DNA from: Candidatus Parcubacteria bacterium
GTDB taxonomy: Bacteria > Patescibacteriota > Minisyncoccia > Phycocordibacterales > UBA918
DNA: 64,000 bases
Direction of reading: 5' to 3'
NCBI GenBank assembly: GCA_021731405.1
Contig: JAKFXN010000001.1
Coordinates: forward strand, 29,857 to 93,856
Shown here: positions 1-8,527 of the stretch, piece after piece
How the letters are laid out: each line of letters opens with the position of its first letter
How positions within the stretch are numbered: position 1 is the stretch's first letter
The notes under the pieces: model-generated
Databases searched by the model: none
Told to the model about the DNA's origin: nothing
What the model saw: only the letters and a program-made list of their open reading frames with translations
Made by a program: the position numbers and the translations under genes

Positions 1-12
1 AGTTACGTATAC

Positions 13-40
13 TTAAAAAAGACCTTGCGGTCTTTTTTTG
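13..40. terminator. Hairpin AAGACC-ttgc-GGTCTT with A-run upstream and T-run downstream; intrinsic terminator at the 3' end of rnc (minus), bidirectional in sequence
   Basis: Inverted repeat at 19-34 followed by tttttttg; rnc stop codon (tta, 42-44) is adjacent. Confidence 0.6.
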
Positions 41-41
41 T

Positions 42-755
42 TTAGTCTTCCCAACCCTTATTGGCGATAGCGGCTTGAGCGGCCTGCTGCTCAGCCTCTT
101 GTTTAGAACGACCTTTACCCTCACCGACTTTTTCGTGTCGTAAAAATACTCCAACCGTAAAGATGCGGTCATGGTCTGGGCCGTCTTGTGAAATAGTGTC
201 GTACGTCGGCGTGATAGAAGCTTTCTCTTGAGAAAGTTCTTGGAAGCGACTCTTGGCATCCTGCCAAAGGCGCTTTTTAACAATGTCATCAGTGGCCGCA
301 AAGAGCCTTGCGGCAATAAAATCTCGCGCAGTTTCATATCCTGAGTCGATGTACATCGCACCGATACACGCCTCAAACACGTTAGCTAAAATGTACTGTC
401 GTGCTCGTCCTTCATCCTTAGCCTCTCCTTTTGACATTAAAAGATATTTGTTGACACCAAGTTGCTCAGACACCGCGGCTAGAGAATTGGTATTAACAAG
501 TGCAGCACGAATGGCGGTAAGATCACCTTCTGGTTTTTCTGGGTATTTTTTAAACAAAAAATCAGTCACTACAAGCTCAAGTACGGCGTCTCCTAGAAAC
601 TCAAGACGCTCATTATGTTCCCACGTAGCTTCACGATGCTCGTTTAAATACGAACGGTGCGTAACCGCAGAGAGGAGAATTTGCGGGTCACGAAACTCAA
701 CTGCAATGAGTTTTTGGAGCATAACCAAATCAGCTTCTATGTTTCTTTCAGACAT
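42..755 (-). CDS. rnc: Ribonuclease III
   Basis: 237 aa. RNase III signature ERLEFLGDAVLELVVTDFLF, a C-terminal dsRBD-like region, ATG start and TAA stop. Confidence 0.93.
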   Translation of the reverse strand: MSERNIEADLVMLQKLIAVEFRDPQILLSAVTHRSYLNEHREATWEHNERLEFLGDAVLELVVTDFLFKKYPEKPEGDLTAIRAALVNTNSLAAVSEQLGVNKYLLMSKGEAKDEGRARQYILANVFEACIGAMYIDSGYETARDFIAARLFAATDDIVKKRLWQDAKSRFQELSQEKASITPTYDTISQDGPDHDRIFTVGVFLRHEKVGEGKGRSKQEAEQQAAQAAIANKGWED

Positions 756-785
756 ACGTAAATCGTTATATTTTTGAGAGTAGCA

Positions 786-1688
786 CTATTTGCTGCGTCT
801 GCCAACCAGCATGGTAATGGCCTTTGTGACAATAGGAAGAATGTCTTCATAAAAATTGAGCTCGAGAATATCAGCTACTCTAAACCACCTTGCGTCGTCC
901 AAACCTCCCTTTTTAGCAAGCACAAGCTCTTGGTATGGAGCCTTAGCTAAGAAGTAGTGCACCTGTTTTCGTACTTTTCCTTTTTCGGGCTGCGTAGCAA
1001 TATATTCATTGTTTCCAAGTTCCGCCTCAATCTCTACAGGAAGTCCTATCTCCTCAAGGAGTGCTCGCATTGCACCTTGTTCTACTGTTTCAGCATCAGC
1101 TACCTTACTCTTAGAGAGAGTCCAGTGTCCAAAGATATCGTGCACGAGCGCAAAGTACATTTGTCCATCTTCTTCTGCATACACAACCGCACCAGAGAGT
1201 CGCTCAATTGGCATCTCATCAAATGGCACTTCTTTTTTGCGTCGTTTGCTGACCTCTTCTTTTCCTGGCTCACCAATTTCTTTATAAACCGCACCAAGTA
1301 CACCGTTTACAAAACGACTACTGTTGTCGCCACCAAATTGCTTTGCGAGTTCAATCGCTTCATTGATTGCCACTTTGGCTGGTACTTCAGAACGTTCCGC
1401 AAAAAGAAGTTCAAAAAGTCCGAGACGAAGGATGTTTCTATCTACTGGTGAAATTCTATCAATTGGCCATTCAGGAGCAGCCTTAGAAATAACCAAGTCG
1501 AGTTCTGTTTGTTTACTTAAAATCCCAGTGAGTAACCGTTCCATAAATGGTCGGTCAGTTTTATTCTGGGCGAATTCTTCAATGTTTCGATCTAGAATTG
1601 AAATAACTTCCTTCTTATCAATTGCATTTAAATCCCACTCAAAGAGGGCCTGAAGAACGATACTGCGTGAAAGGTGCCGATTTGCCAT
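786..1688 (-). CDS. nusB: Transcription antitermination factor NusB fused to a C-terminal Nudix-hydrolase-like domain
   Basis: The N-terminal ~145 aa is a classic NusB (RISPVDRNILRLGLFELLF...AINEAIELAKQFGGDNSSRFVNGVLGAV). The C-terminal ~150 aa has a Nudix fold and a degenerate Nudix box (S-KVADA-E-TVEQGAM-RA-LLEE-IGL) in one continuous ORF. Confidence 0.8.
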   Translation of the reverse strand: MANRHLSRSIVLQALFEWDLNAIDKKEVISILDRNIEEFAQNKTDRPFMERLLTGILSKQTELDLVISKAAPEWPIDRISPVDRNILRLGLFELLFAERSEVPAKVAINEAIELAKQFGGDNSSRFVNGVLGAVYKEIGEPGKEEVSKRRKKEVPFDEMPIERLSGAVVYAEEDGQMYFALVHDIFGHWTLSKSKVADAETVEQGAMRALLEEIGLPVEIEAELGNNEYIATQPEKGKVRKQVHYFLAKAPYQELVLAKKGGLDDARWFRVADILELNFYEDILPIVTKAITMLVGRRSK

Positions 1689-1776
1689 AAAAAATGTACT
1701 AAACTTCTACTGAGAACAGTATATCATCACGTTACTGCGTAAAGGGTTTAAATCCACAAAAAAGTAATATTATTTA

Positions 1777-1800
1777 TAAAAACCCCAGATGGGGTTTTTA
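1777..1800 (-). terminator. Intrinsic terminator downstream of rpmF (AAAAACCCCAGATGGGGTTTTT)
   Basis: GC-rich 5-bp stem with flanking A- and T-runs between the rpmF stop and the nusB start. Confidence 0.6.
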
Positions 1801-1809
1801 GTAAGTAGT

Positions 1810-2076
1810 TTACTTTGCTTCTTCTACTGGAGAGGCTTCTTGTGCTTGACCGCGGATAGCTTCTCGCTTTGCTTCCATTCGGGCATCACGATCCTTCTTC
1901 TTAGTAAGTAAGTCAATCACTACACGGCCTTTGTAAAAACCACAGTTAAGGCACATGTGGTGTGGACGATGATGTCCGCCACAGTTCTTACACACAGCCA
2001 CTTCTGGCGCTGTAAGAGCGTGGTGAGCTCGTCGGTTGGCGGTGTGAGACCGCGTATGTCGCATTCGAATTACCAT
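1810..2076 (-). CDS. rpmF: 50S ribosomal protein L32 (zinc-ribbon type, with a charged C-terminal extension)
   Basis: N-terminus MVIRMRHTRSHTANRRAHHALTAPEVAVCKNCGGHHRPHHMCLNCGFYKGR is the typical L32 with CxxC...CxxC. The extra ~30 aa are K/E-rich. Confidence 0.85.
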   Translation of the reverse strand: MVIRMRHTRSHTANRRAHHALTAPEVAVCKNCGGHHRPHHMCLNCGFYKGRVVIDLLTKKKDRDARMEAKREAIRGQAQEASPVEEAK

Positions 2077-2159
2077 AGTGGGGCAACTATACCAAATCCG
2101 TGTAAAAACGCAACTGTTTAGCCCTGAAACTAGCTATGGTTAGTTCTTTGGTCAAAAGG

Positions 2160-2783
2160 CTACTTTCCTAGTATGTTTCCACAAAAGCTCAGCCGATGCT
2201 CGTCTGAAGGGCCAAATTGCTTGATGGCAACGCGATGTTCAAGAGTCCCATATCCTTTATGTTTAGCAAAATTATAGGCCAAGTAAGGGCTTTTTGAGGC
2301 CAATTTCTCCATATACCTGTCTCGTGTCACTTTAGCCATAATTGAGCCGAGTCCGATCTCGCGCTCACTCAAGTCGCCTTTAATGATAGTTTGCTGACAC
2401 ATATATGTAGCGGGAGCTTTCAATCCCCCATCAAGCTTAATAAAAACGTCAGTCGCAAACTGTATATCCGCATGCCTTTTTTCAAGCCTAGAAAGAGCCC
2501 TGGCTAGCGCTTGTTTAATAGCGATACTAATACCAATAGCATCTATCTTTTTTGCACTTACCATGACCACTTCATAATCCAACACCCCCGCTTTTTGCAG
2601 TGTCCGTGCCGCCAGATAAATGACTTCCCGTTTTTTTGGTGAAAGCGCCTTACTATCGGTTACCCCTGGTAAAAGTTTCCACTTAAAACCTTTTGGTATA
2701 AAAGCTACTCCGACCGCGACTGGTCCAGCGAGCGGTCCTCTGCCTGCTTCGTCTATACCAATAGTATGGGCTGGTTTTTTCAT
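2160..2783 (-). CDS. rnhB: Ribonuclease HII
   Basis: MKKPAHTIGIDEAGRGPLAGPVAVG... carries the RNase HII DEAGRG motif. The start was set at the internal ATG (ending 2783), because the upstream part of the track ORF overlaps dnaE and is not protein-like. Confidence 0.88.
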   Translation of the reverse strand: MKKPAHTIGIDEAGRGPLAGPVAVGVAFIPKGFKWKLLPGVTDSKALSPKKREVIYLAARTLQKAGVLDYEVVMVSAKKIDAIGISIAIKQALARALSRLEKRHADIQFATDVFIKLDGGLKAPATYMCQQTIIKGDLSEREIGLGSIMAKVTRDRYMEKLASKSPYLAYNFAKHKGYGTLEHRVAIKQFGPSDEHRLSFCGNILGK

Positions 2784-2863
2784 AACGTTATTGCAGTATA
2801 CCAAAGCAAGCCTTTTCTGTGTCGTGGTTTGAGGTGCCAGAAGGCGGATGCTATAGTAGTGCC

Positions 2864-5800
2864 ATGTCAGAGTCTGAAACACTTCCGCCGACTTTTGTTC
2901 ACCTCCATGTTCACTCGCACTATTCGCTCTTGAATGCGCTTCCAACCCCAAAAGAGCTAGCTTACGCTGCCAAAGCAGACGGACAGACAGCACTGGCCAT
3001 TACCGACAACGGTGCTCTTTACGGCGCCATTGATTTTTATAAGGCCTGCACCAAAGAAGGTATCAAACCAATTATTGGTATTGACGCTTATTTAGCTCCG
3101 CGCAGTCGACATGACAAAGACGCGCAGATAGACAAACCGCGAGCACGAGTAGTGTTGCTCGCAAAAACATTTAAAGGTTACCAAAACCTCATTCAGCTGG
3201 TGACTCTCTCCAACCTTGAAGGTTTTTACTACAAACCAAGACTTGATGAAGAACTACTGACGAAATATAAAGATGATCTTATCTGTATCATTCCTTCTTT
3301 TGCGGGCGAAGTAGCCAAAGCACTTAAAGATGGCGACGAAGAATATGCGCGCAAAAAACTAACTTGGTACAAAGAAGTTTTTAAAGACGACTGTTACCTC
3401 GAAATCACCCACCATCCAGAAATCCTCGATCATGAAAAAAATCAGGAGCAAATTATAGCGCTTGCACGTGAGACCAACACTGAGCTGGTTGCTGCGCACG
3501 ACGTGTACTATCTCAAGCCCGAGGACCGTACCGCGCGCGAGACTCTGATTAAAATCCAAAATGGTGGAGTGGTTGACCTATCAAACGACATGGGTAGTGA
3601 AGAAGATTTTTCTTTCATTAGCCAAGCGAAAGCGGCCGAGCTATTTAAGGACACACCTGATGCCCTAGCAAACACCCTAAAGATTGCCGAGGCGTGTAAT
3701 GTCTCAATCGAAATCGGGACTCATTGGTACTTCCCTGATTACAAAATTGCCAATAACCGCACAGCAGACGATGAGCTTCAGATCACTGCCTATGCTGGAG
3801 TGCCGTGGCGAAAGCTTGATATTAATGACCCAGTGATTAAGACCCGTCTTGATTACGAACTTGAAGTCATTAAAAACAAAGGGTACTCAAAATACTTCCT
3901 CGTGGTAGGAGACCTCCTTCGTGAATCACGTAAGCGCGGTATTTTGACTACCATTCGAGGGTCAGTGGCGGGTTCACTCACCACCTACGTACTTGGTATT
4001 ACAAACGTAGATCCAATTGAATACAAACTTCCCTTTGAACGTTTCCTTAATCCAGAACGTCCGTCTGCTCCCGACATCGACATGGACTTTGCTGATAATC
4101 GGCGGGATGAAATTATTGAATACGCCAAAGAAAAATACGGCGCCGATAAAGTAGCGCAGATTGGTACGTTTGGAACCATGATGGCACGCGCGGCGGTGCG
4201 TGACGTGGCGCGTGCGCTTGGTCATCCATACTCTACTGGCGACCGTATCGCTAAGCTCATCCCGATGGGTAGCCAGGGTTTCCCGATGACGATTAAAAAG
4301 GCACTTGAGATAGAGCCCGACTTAGCTGAACTCTATAAAAAAGACACGGAGTCACGTGAAGTAATAGATCTCGCAAAACAAATCGAGGGTCGAGTGCGAC
4401 ACCTTGGTGTACATGCGGCTGGTGTCGTAATTGCACCAGAGCCCCTCTCGCAGTTTGTGCCTATTCAACCCGACCCGAAAACAGGAAAGTTCATTACCCA
4501 GTACGAAATGAAGTCGGTAGGTGAAGACGGTGTTGGCCTTTTAAAGTTCGACTTCCTCGGTATCAAAAACCTCGCCATTTTAGCTGACGCGGTAAAGCGA
4601 GTAAAAAAGATTCGCGAGATAGAAGTTGATATTGAAAATATTCCCCTTCAGGACCCGAAGACATTTAATATCCTCGCTCGCGGTGAGACGATGGGACTCT
4701 TCCAGCTCAATGGTTCTGGTATGACTGCCTTCCTCAAGCAGCTGAAGCCTTCAACTATTCACGACATCAATGCGATGGTGGCTCTCTATCGTCCAGGACC
4801 GATGGAATCAATCCCGCAATATATTGAACGTAAACACAATCCTGAACTCGTGTCGTATGTAGACCCACGCCTCAAGCCTATTCTTGAAGTGTCTTATGGT
4901 GTGATTACCTATCAGGACGATGTTATGACTATTGCGCGCGAGCTCGCGGGCTACTCGTGGCTTGAAGCAGACATGCTCCGAAAAGCGATGGGTAAGAAAA
5001 TTCCTGAAGTGATGGCGGCTGAAAAAAATAAACTCCTAACTGGTTTTGTGGAATACGGAAAACTCACCCCAAATATTTCAAATAAACTTTGGAGCCTTAT
5101 TGAACCTTTTGCGGCCTACGGGTTCAACAAAGCGCACGCAGCTTCATATGGTCGAGTGGCCTATCAGACTGCCTATATGAAGGCCAACTTCCCGGTTGAA
5201 TACATGTCAGCGGTTCTCACTGCCGACTCAGGTGATACTGAAAAGATTTCTGAAATTATTCGCGAGTGTGAACGCATGGGGATTGAGGTATTGCCACCAG
5301 ACATCAATGAATCATTTGCTGACTTTTCAGTGGTACCTGGTAAACAAACTATTCGCTTTGGACTCACTACCATCAAAAACTTCGGCGCTGGGGTAGCTGA
5401 TGCCATCATTACTGAGCGAAAGAAAAATGGTTCGTTCACTTCTATCTCTGATTTCCTGTCGCGCGTAAACGATCGCAACCTCAACAAAAAGTCGCTTGAA
5501 GCTCTTATTGTAACGGGAGCGCTTGATAGCTTTAATGAACGAGGCTTACTCTTTGCCAATCTTGAGACTCTTCTCACCTTCAACAAAGAACGTGTGTCAG
5601 AAAAAGAATCAGCCCAAGAATCTCTTTTTAGTTTTGGTGGTACAGTGGCACATGAACTGAATCTCCTACCATTTCCACCGGCCGCTAAACTGCAGAAACT
5701 AATTTGGGAGAAAGAGTTGCTTGGAGTATACGTGTCTGGTCATCCGCTTGATGAATACCAGAGTGAACTTGATAAGCGACCATCTATCCATTCCATTAAA

Positions 5801-6115
5801 CAGGCTGTAGCGGACAAGGAAGAAATCGCCATTCTGCGTATGAAGGGTGACTTGGTTACTGCCGGTATGGTCACCAGCGTTCGCGAGCTCATTACTAAAA
5901 AAGGCGACAAGATGGCTTTTGTTATGCTGGCAGATACCAAAGACGAAATTGAGATGGTAGCATTCCCGCGTACCTACCTCGAACTCAAAGATCTCTTTGT
6001 ACCAGGTACCTGTATTGCTGTTAAGGGCAAACTTTCTATCCGCAACGACGAACCAAGCATTGCTCTTGATAAAGCAAAGCGCTTAGGTGTGCCAGCAAAA
6101 TCTGAAGGGAACTAA
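2864..6115 (+). CDS. dnaE: DNA polymerase III alpha subunit
   Basis: 1084-1098 aa. PHP domain (FVHLHVHSHYSLLNA), polymerase core and OB fold. The ATG at 2864 is preferred over the GTG at 2819. Confidence 0.93.
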   Translation: MSESETLPPTFVHLHVHSHYSLLNALPTPKELAYAAKADGQTALAITDNGALYGAIDFYKACTKEGIKPIIGIDAYLAPRSRHDKDAQIDKPRARVVLLAKTFKGYQNLIQLVTLSNLEGFYYKPRLDEELLTKYKDDLICIIPSFAGEVAKALKDGDEEYARKKLTWYKEVFKDDCYLEITHHPEILDHEKNQEQIIALARETNTELVAAHDVYYLKPEDRTARETLIKIQNGGVVDLSNDMGSEEDFSFISQAKAAELFKDTPDALANTLKIAEACNVSIEIGTHWYFPDYKIANNRTADDELQITAYAGVPWRKLDINDPVIKTRLDYELEVIKNKGYSKYFLVVGDLLRESRKRGILTTIRGSVAGSLTTYVLGITNVDPIEYKLPFERFLNPERPSAPDIDMDFADNRRDEIIEYAKEKYGADKVAQIGTFGTMMARAAVRDVARALGHPYSTGDRIAKLIPMGSQGFPMTIKKALEIEPDLAELYKKDTESREVIDLAKQIEGRVRHLGVHAAGVVIAPEPLSQFVPIQPDPKTGKFITQYEMKSVGEDGVGLLKFDFLGIKNLAILADAVKRVKKIREIEVDIENIPLQDPKTFNILARGETMGLFQLNGSGMTAFLKQLKPSTIHDINAMVALYRPGPMESIPQYIERKHNPELVSYVDPRLKPILEVSYGVITYQDDVMTIARELAGYSWLEADMLRKAMGKKIPEVMAAEKNKLLTGFVEYGKLTPNISNKLWSLIEPFAAYGFNKAHAASYGRVAYQTAYMKANFPVEYMSAVLTADSGDTEKISEIIRECERMGIEVLPPDINESFADFSVVPGKQTIRFGLTTIKNFGAGVADAIITERKKNGSFTSISDFLSRVNDRNLNKKSLEALIVTGALDSFNERGLLFANLETLLTFNKERVSEKESAQESLFSFGGTVAHELNLLPFPPAAKLQKLIWEKELLGVYVSGHPLDEYQSELDKRPSIHSIKQAVADKEEIAILRMKGDLVTAGMVTSVRELITKKGDKMAFVMLADTKDEIEMVAFPRTYLELKDLFVPGTCIAVKGKLSIRNDEPSIALDKAKRLGVPAKSEGN

Positions 6116-6142
6116 ATATCAAAAAAACCAGAAAAGAAAAAA

Positions 6143-6176
6143 GGCACATGCGATTAAGATTGTTAACGCGTGTGCC
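6143..6176 (-). terminator. 10-bp hairpin (GGCACAUGCG...CGCGUGUGCC) with a long A-tract on its plus-strand 5' side; a candidate minus-strand intrinsic terminator (alternatively a U-tract-less stem after dnaE)
   Basis: Stem read directly from the sequence. The T-run lies only on the minus-strand 3' side (plus 6117-6142 is A-rich). Confidence 0.4.
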
Positions 6177-6419
6177 CTTGCTCCTCATTCAAACCCTGGT
6201 ACGTAGGTGTGAGAAGACTTTATTGCTTAGGTCCATATCAATACAATTAGTAAAGAGGTTTGCTGCTCTTTAAACTAACTGGGATGATTTTGAGCACCGG
6301 ACGGTCGCATCGGCGAAGTGGATTCCCGTTTGGGCCACTTGAGACATTGGTCTGATAAGACATCCACTTATCATCACGTTTTCTCAAGCAGAAAAGTAAC
6401 ATAACAATATTATTCAATT

Positions 6420-6448
6420 TTGTCAACAGTGACACTTTTTTCTTAAAT
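6420..6448 (+). promoter_or_regulatory. Candidate sigma70-like promoter for the thrS leader (TTGTCA-N17-TTAAAT)
   Basis: -35-like and -10-like hexamers with 17-nt spacing, about 20 nt upstream of T-box Stem I. Confidence 0.35.
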
Positions 6449-6464
6449 CAGATTGACTTTCCTG

Positions 6465-6672
6465 TTGTGTCCGTTAGGATAGAGAGACTTTCAGAGATTG
6501 TGGTGTCTACCAAACACCAGTCCTTCAAGGACGGAATCTAACTTCCCTAATCTGATCACATAAAGCGCTGCTCTCTTTTTGAGAACAGAAGCTCGGTGGA
6601 ACCGCGGTCTCAATCTGAGATACGTCCGAGTAAAAATATGACAAAGTCATATTTTTACTCGGACGTTTTTTT
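6465..6672 (+). promoter_or_regulatory. T-box riboswitch leader (threonine specifier ACC) with intrinsic terminator, regulating thrS
   Basis: Stem I (GTCC...GGAC) has a GA/AGAGA K-turn motif and a specifier loop ...CUACCAAACACCAG... carrying ACC-A. The conserved T-box AGCTCGGTGGAACCGCGG has a UGGA bulge. The terminator hairpin GTCCGAGTAAAAATATGAC-aaa-GTCATATTTTTACTCGGAC (6624-6664) is followed by GTTTTTTT, and its 5' arm can instead pair with CTCGG to form the antiterminator. Confidence 0.75.
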
Positions 6673-6694
6673 ATCAAATAACTATTTATCTTAT

Positions 6695-8464
6695 ATGTGT
6701 AGCCAACATAACAACACTCTCGAGCAAAAGAGACACACTCTAGCGCACGTCATGGCTAAGGCAATTGTGGATACTTACCCACACGCCAAGCTGACACTCG
6801 GCCCGGCTATCGACACTGGTTTTTACTATGACGTAGATTTCTCTGGCGGAGACACTCTTGGTGACGGTGGCCTCAAAGACATTCAGAAAGCGATGAAGAA
6901 ACTCCTCAACACTTGGACTACATGGTCGCATAGAGAAGTCAGTGTAGAAGAAGCGCGAGCTCAGTTTGCCGGCAACCCATATAAGCTTGAGCTTATCGAA
7001 GAAATTGCGGCGCGTGGCGAAACCATTACCCTTTACACCTGTGGTTCTGGAAAAAGTGAATTTACCGACCTTTGCCGTGGTGGACATACTGAAAACCCAC
7101 AAGCGGAAATTGACTCGGATAGCTTCAAACTCGATAAGGTTGCTGGTGCTTATTGGCGAGGAGATGAGAAAAACCCGATGCTCTCCCGCATCTATGGTCT
7201 CGCTTTTGAAACAAAAGCTGACCTAGAGGCGTACCTCTTCCAGCTTGAAGAAGCAAAGAAGCGCGACCATCGTAAACTTGGAAAAGAACATGACCTCTTC
7301 ACCTTCTCAGAACTGGTCGGTGCCGGACTTCCTCTTTGGACTCCAAAAGGGACAATGATTCGTCACCAGCTTGATACCTACATCTGGCAACTACGTGACA
7401 AACACGGGTACCAGCGGGTAACTATTCCGCACATCACTAAGAAGGATCTCTATGTGACTTCTGGCCATTGGGATAAGTTTGCCGATGAACTTTTCCGTAT
7501 CACAACACGTGAAGGAAAAGAGTACGCGCTTAAGCCGATGAACTGTCCGCACCATACGCAGATTTTTGACCGCCACCCTCACAGTTACCGCGATATGCCG
7601 CAACGCTACGCTGAGACCACGATGGTCTACCGTGACGAGCAGTCAGGTGAACTCGGCGGACTTACTCGTGTACTTTCGATTACCCAAGATGACTCCCATG
7701 TATTTTGTCGTCACTCACAAGTGAAAGAAGAGTTCTTCAAAATCTGGGACATTATCGACACCTTCTACGGTACCTTTGGTTTTGATTTACGGGTCCGACT
7801 TTCCTTCCATGAACCAAGTGAAATGGAAAAGTACCTCGGTACTAAAGAAATCTGGGAGAATGCAGAAAATGCTCTGCGTGAGATTGCTAAGGAACGAAAC
7901 GCTGATTATTTTGAAGCACCAGGCGAAGCCGCGATGTACGGACCAAAGCTCGACTTCATGGCCAAAGATTCGCTCGGCCGTGAACATCAGGTTGCAACTA
8001 TTCAGCTGGATATGAATTTACCCGAGCGCTTTGACCTTTCTTGTATTAATGAGAAAGGAGAAAAAGAGAGGATTGTAATGATCCACTGCGCGATTATGGG
8101 TTCTATCGAACGCTTCAGTGCAGTTCTTATCGAACACCTCGGTGGAAACTTCCCACTTTGGCTCGCCCCTGAGCAAGTACATATCATTCCTGTTGCTGAA
8201 GTACACCATGCGTATGCTGATCAGGTCTACCACGCACTCAAAGCAGTTGGTATCCGCGTTCATCTTGATGACAGTAATGACTCGATGGGTAAGAAGATTA
8301 GAGCAGCGAAGCAAGGCAAAGTTCCTTACTTTATTGTAATTGGTGACGTAGAAGTTGAGGCTAAAAATGTCACTATCGAAAATCGTAGTGGCGAGTCACA
8401 GCAAATCGACCTCAATGCACTTGGGAATCACCTCCTGACAGAAATTGAGATGAAGAAAATGTAA
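6695..8464 (+). CDS. thrS: Threonine--tRNA ligase (no TGS domain; begins with the N2 editing domain)
   Basis: HTLAHVMAKAIVDTYPHAKLTLGPAIDTGFYYDVDF is the ThrRS editing domain, followed by a class II catalytic core and an anticodon-binding domain. The start was moved to the ATG at 6695, because the track ORF start lies inside the T-box terminator. Confidence 0.9.
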   Translation: MCSQHNNTLEQKRHTLAHVMAKAIVDTYPHAKLTLGPAIDTGFYYDVDFSGGDTLGDGGLKDIQKAMKKLLNTWTTWSHREVSVEEARAQFAGNPYKLELIEEIAARGETITLYTCGSGKSEFTDLCRGGHTENPQAEIDSDSFKLDKVAGAYWRGDEKNPMLSRIYGLAFETKADLEAYLFQLEEAKKRDHRKLGKEHDLFTFSELVGAGLPLWTPKGTMIRHQLDTYIWQLRDKHGYQRVTIPHITKKDLYVTSGHWDKFADELFRITTREGKEYALKPMNCPHHTQIFDRHPHSYRDMPQRYAETTMVYRDEQSGELGGLTRVLSITQDDSHVFCRHSQVKEEFFKIWDIIDTFYGTFGFDLRVRLSFHEPSEMEKYLGTKEIWENAENALREIAKERNADYFEAPGEAAMYGPKLDFMAKDSLGREHQVATIQLDMNLPERFDLSCINEKGEKERIVMIHCAIMGSIERFSAVLIEHLGGNFPLWLAPEQVHIIPVAEVHHAYADQVYHALKAVGIRVHLDDSNDSMGKKIRAAKQGKVPYFIVIGDVEVEAKNVTIENRSGESQQIDLNALGNHLLTEIEMKKM

Positions 8465-8480
8465 GACAAAGGTAGATACA

Positions 8481-8512
8481 AAAAAGCCGACCCCTAGGGG
8501 TCGGCTTTTTTG
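8481..8512. terminator. Bidirectional intrinsic terminator (AAAAAGCCGACCCCTAGGGGTCGGCTTTTTT) between convergent thrS and the large surface-protein gene
   Basis: Perfect 10-bp GC-rich palindrome flanked by an A-run and a T-run. Confidence 0.85.
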
Positions 8513-8527
8513 TATCAGGCATTGCTA

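Noticed and set aside
253-1653. Plus-strand ORFs overlapping rnc and nusB (253..777, 957..1451, 1324..1653)
   Set aside because: They are antisense to well-supported genes and have no recognisable protein features.
2784-2993. N-terminal 70-aa extension of the rnhB ORF overlapping dnaE
   Set aside because: The extension is not protein-like and would overlap the dnaE start. The internal ATG just before the DEAGRG motif is the canonical RNase HII start.
6247-6435. 62-aa minus-strand ORF between dnaE and thrS
   Set aside because: It starts with GTG, has no RBS and has low-complexity composition. The region looks noncoding and structured.
6421-6447. Small hairpin TGTCAacagTGACA plus a T-run as a terminator
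   Set aside because: The stem is only 5 bp, and it lies within the best promoter candidate for the thrS leader (TTGTCA-N17-TTAAAT).
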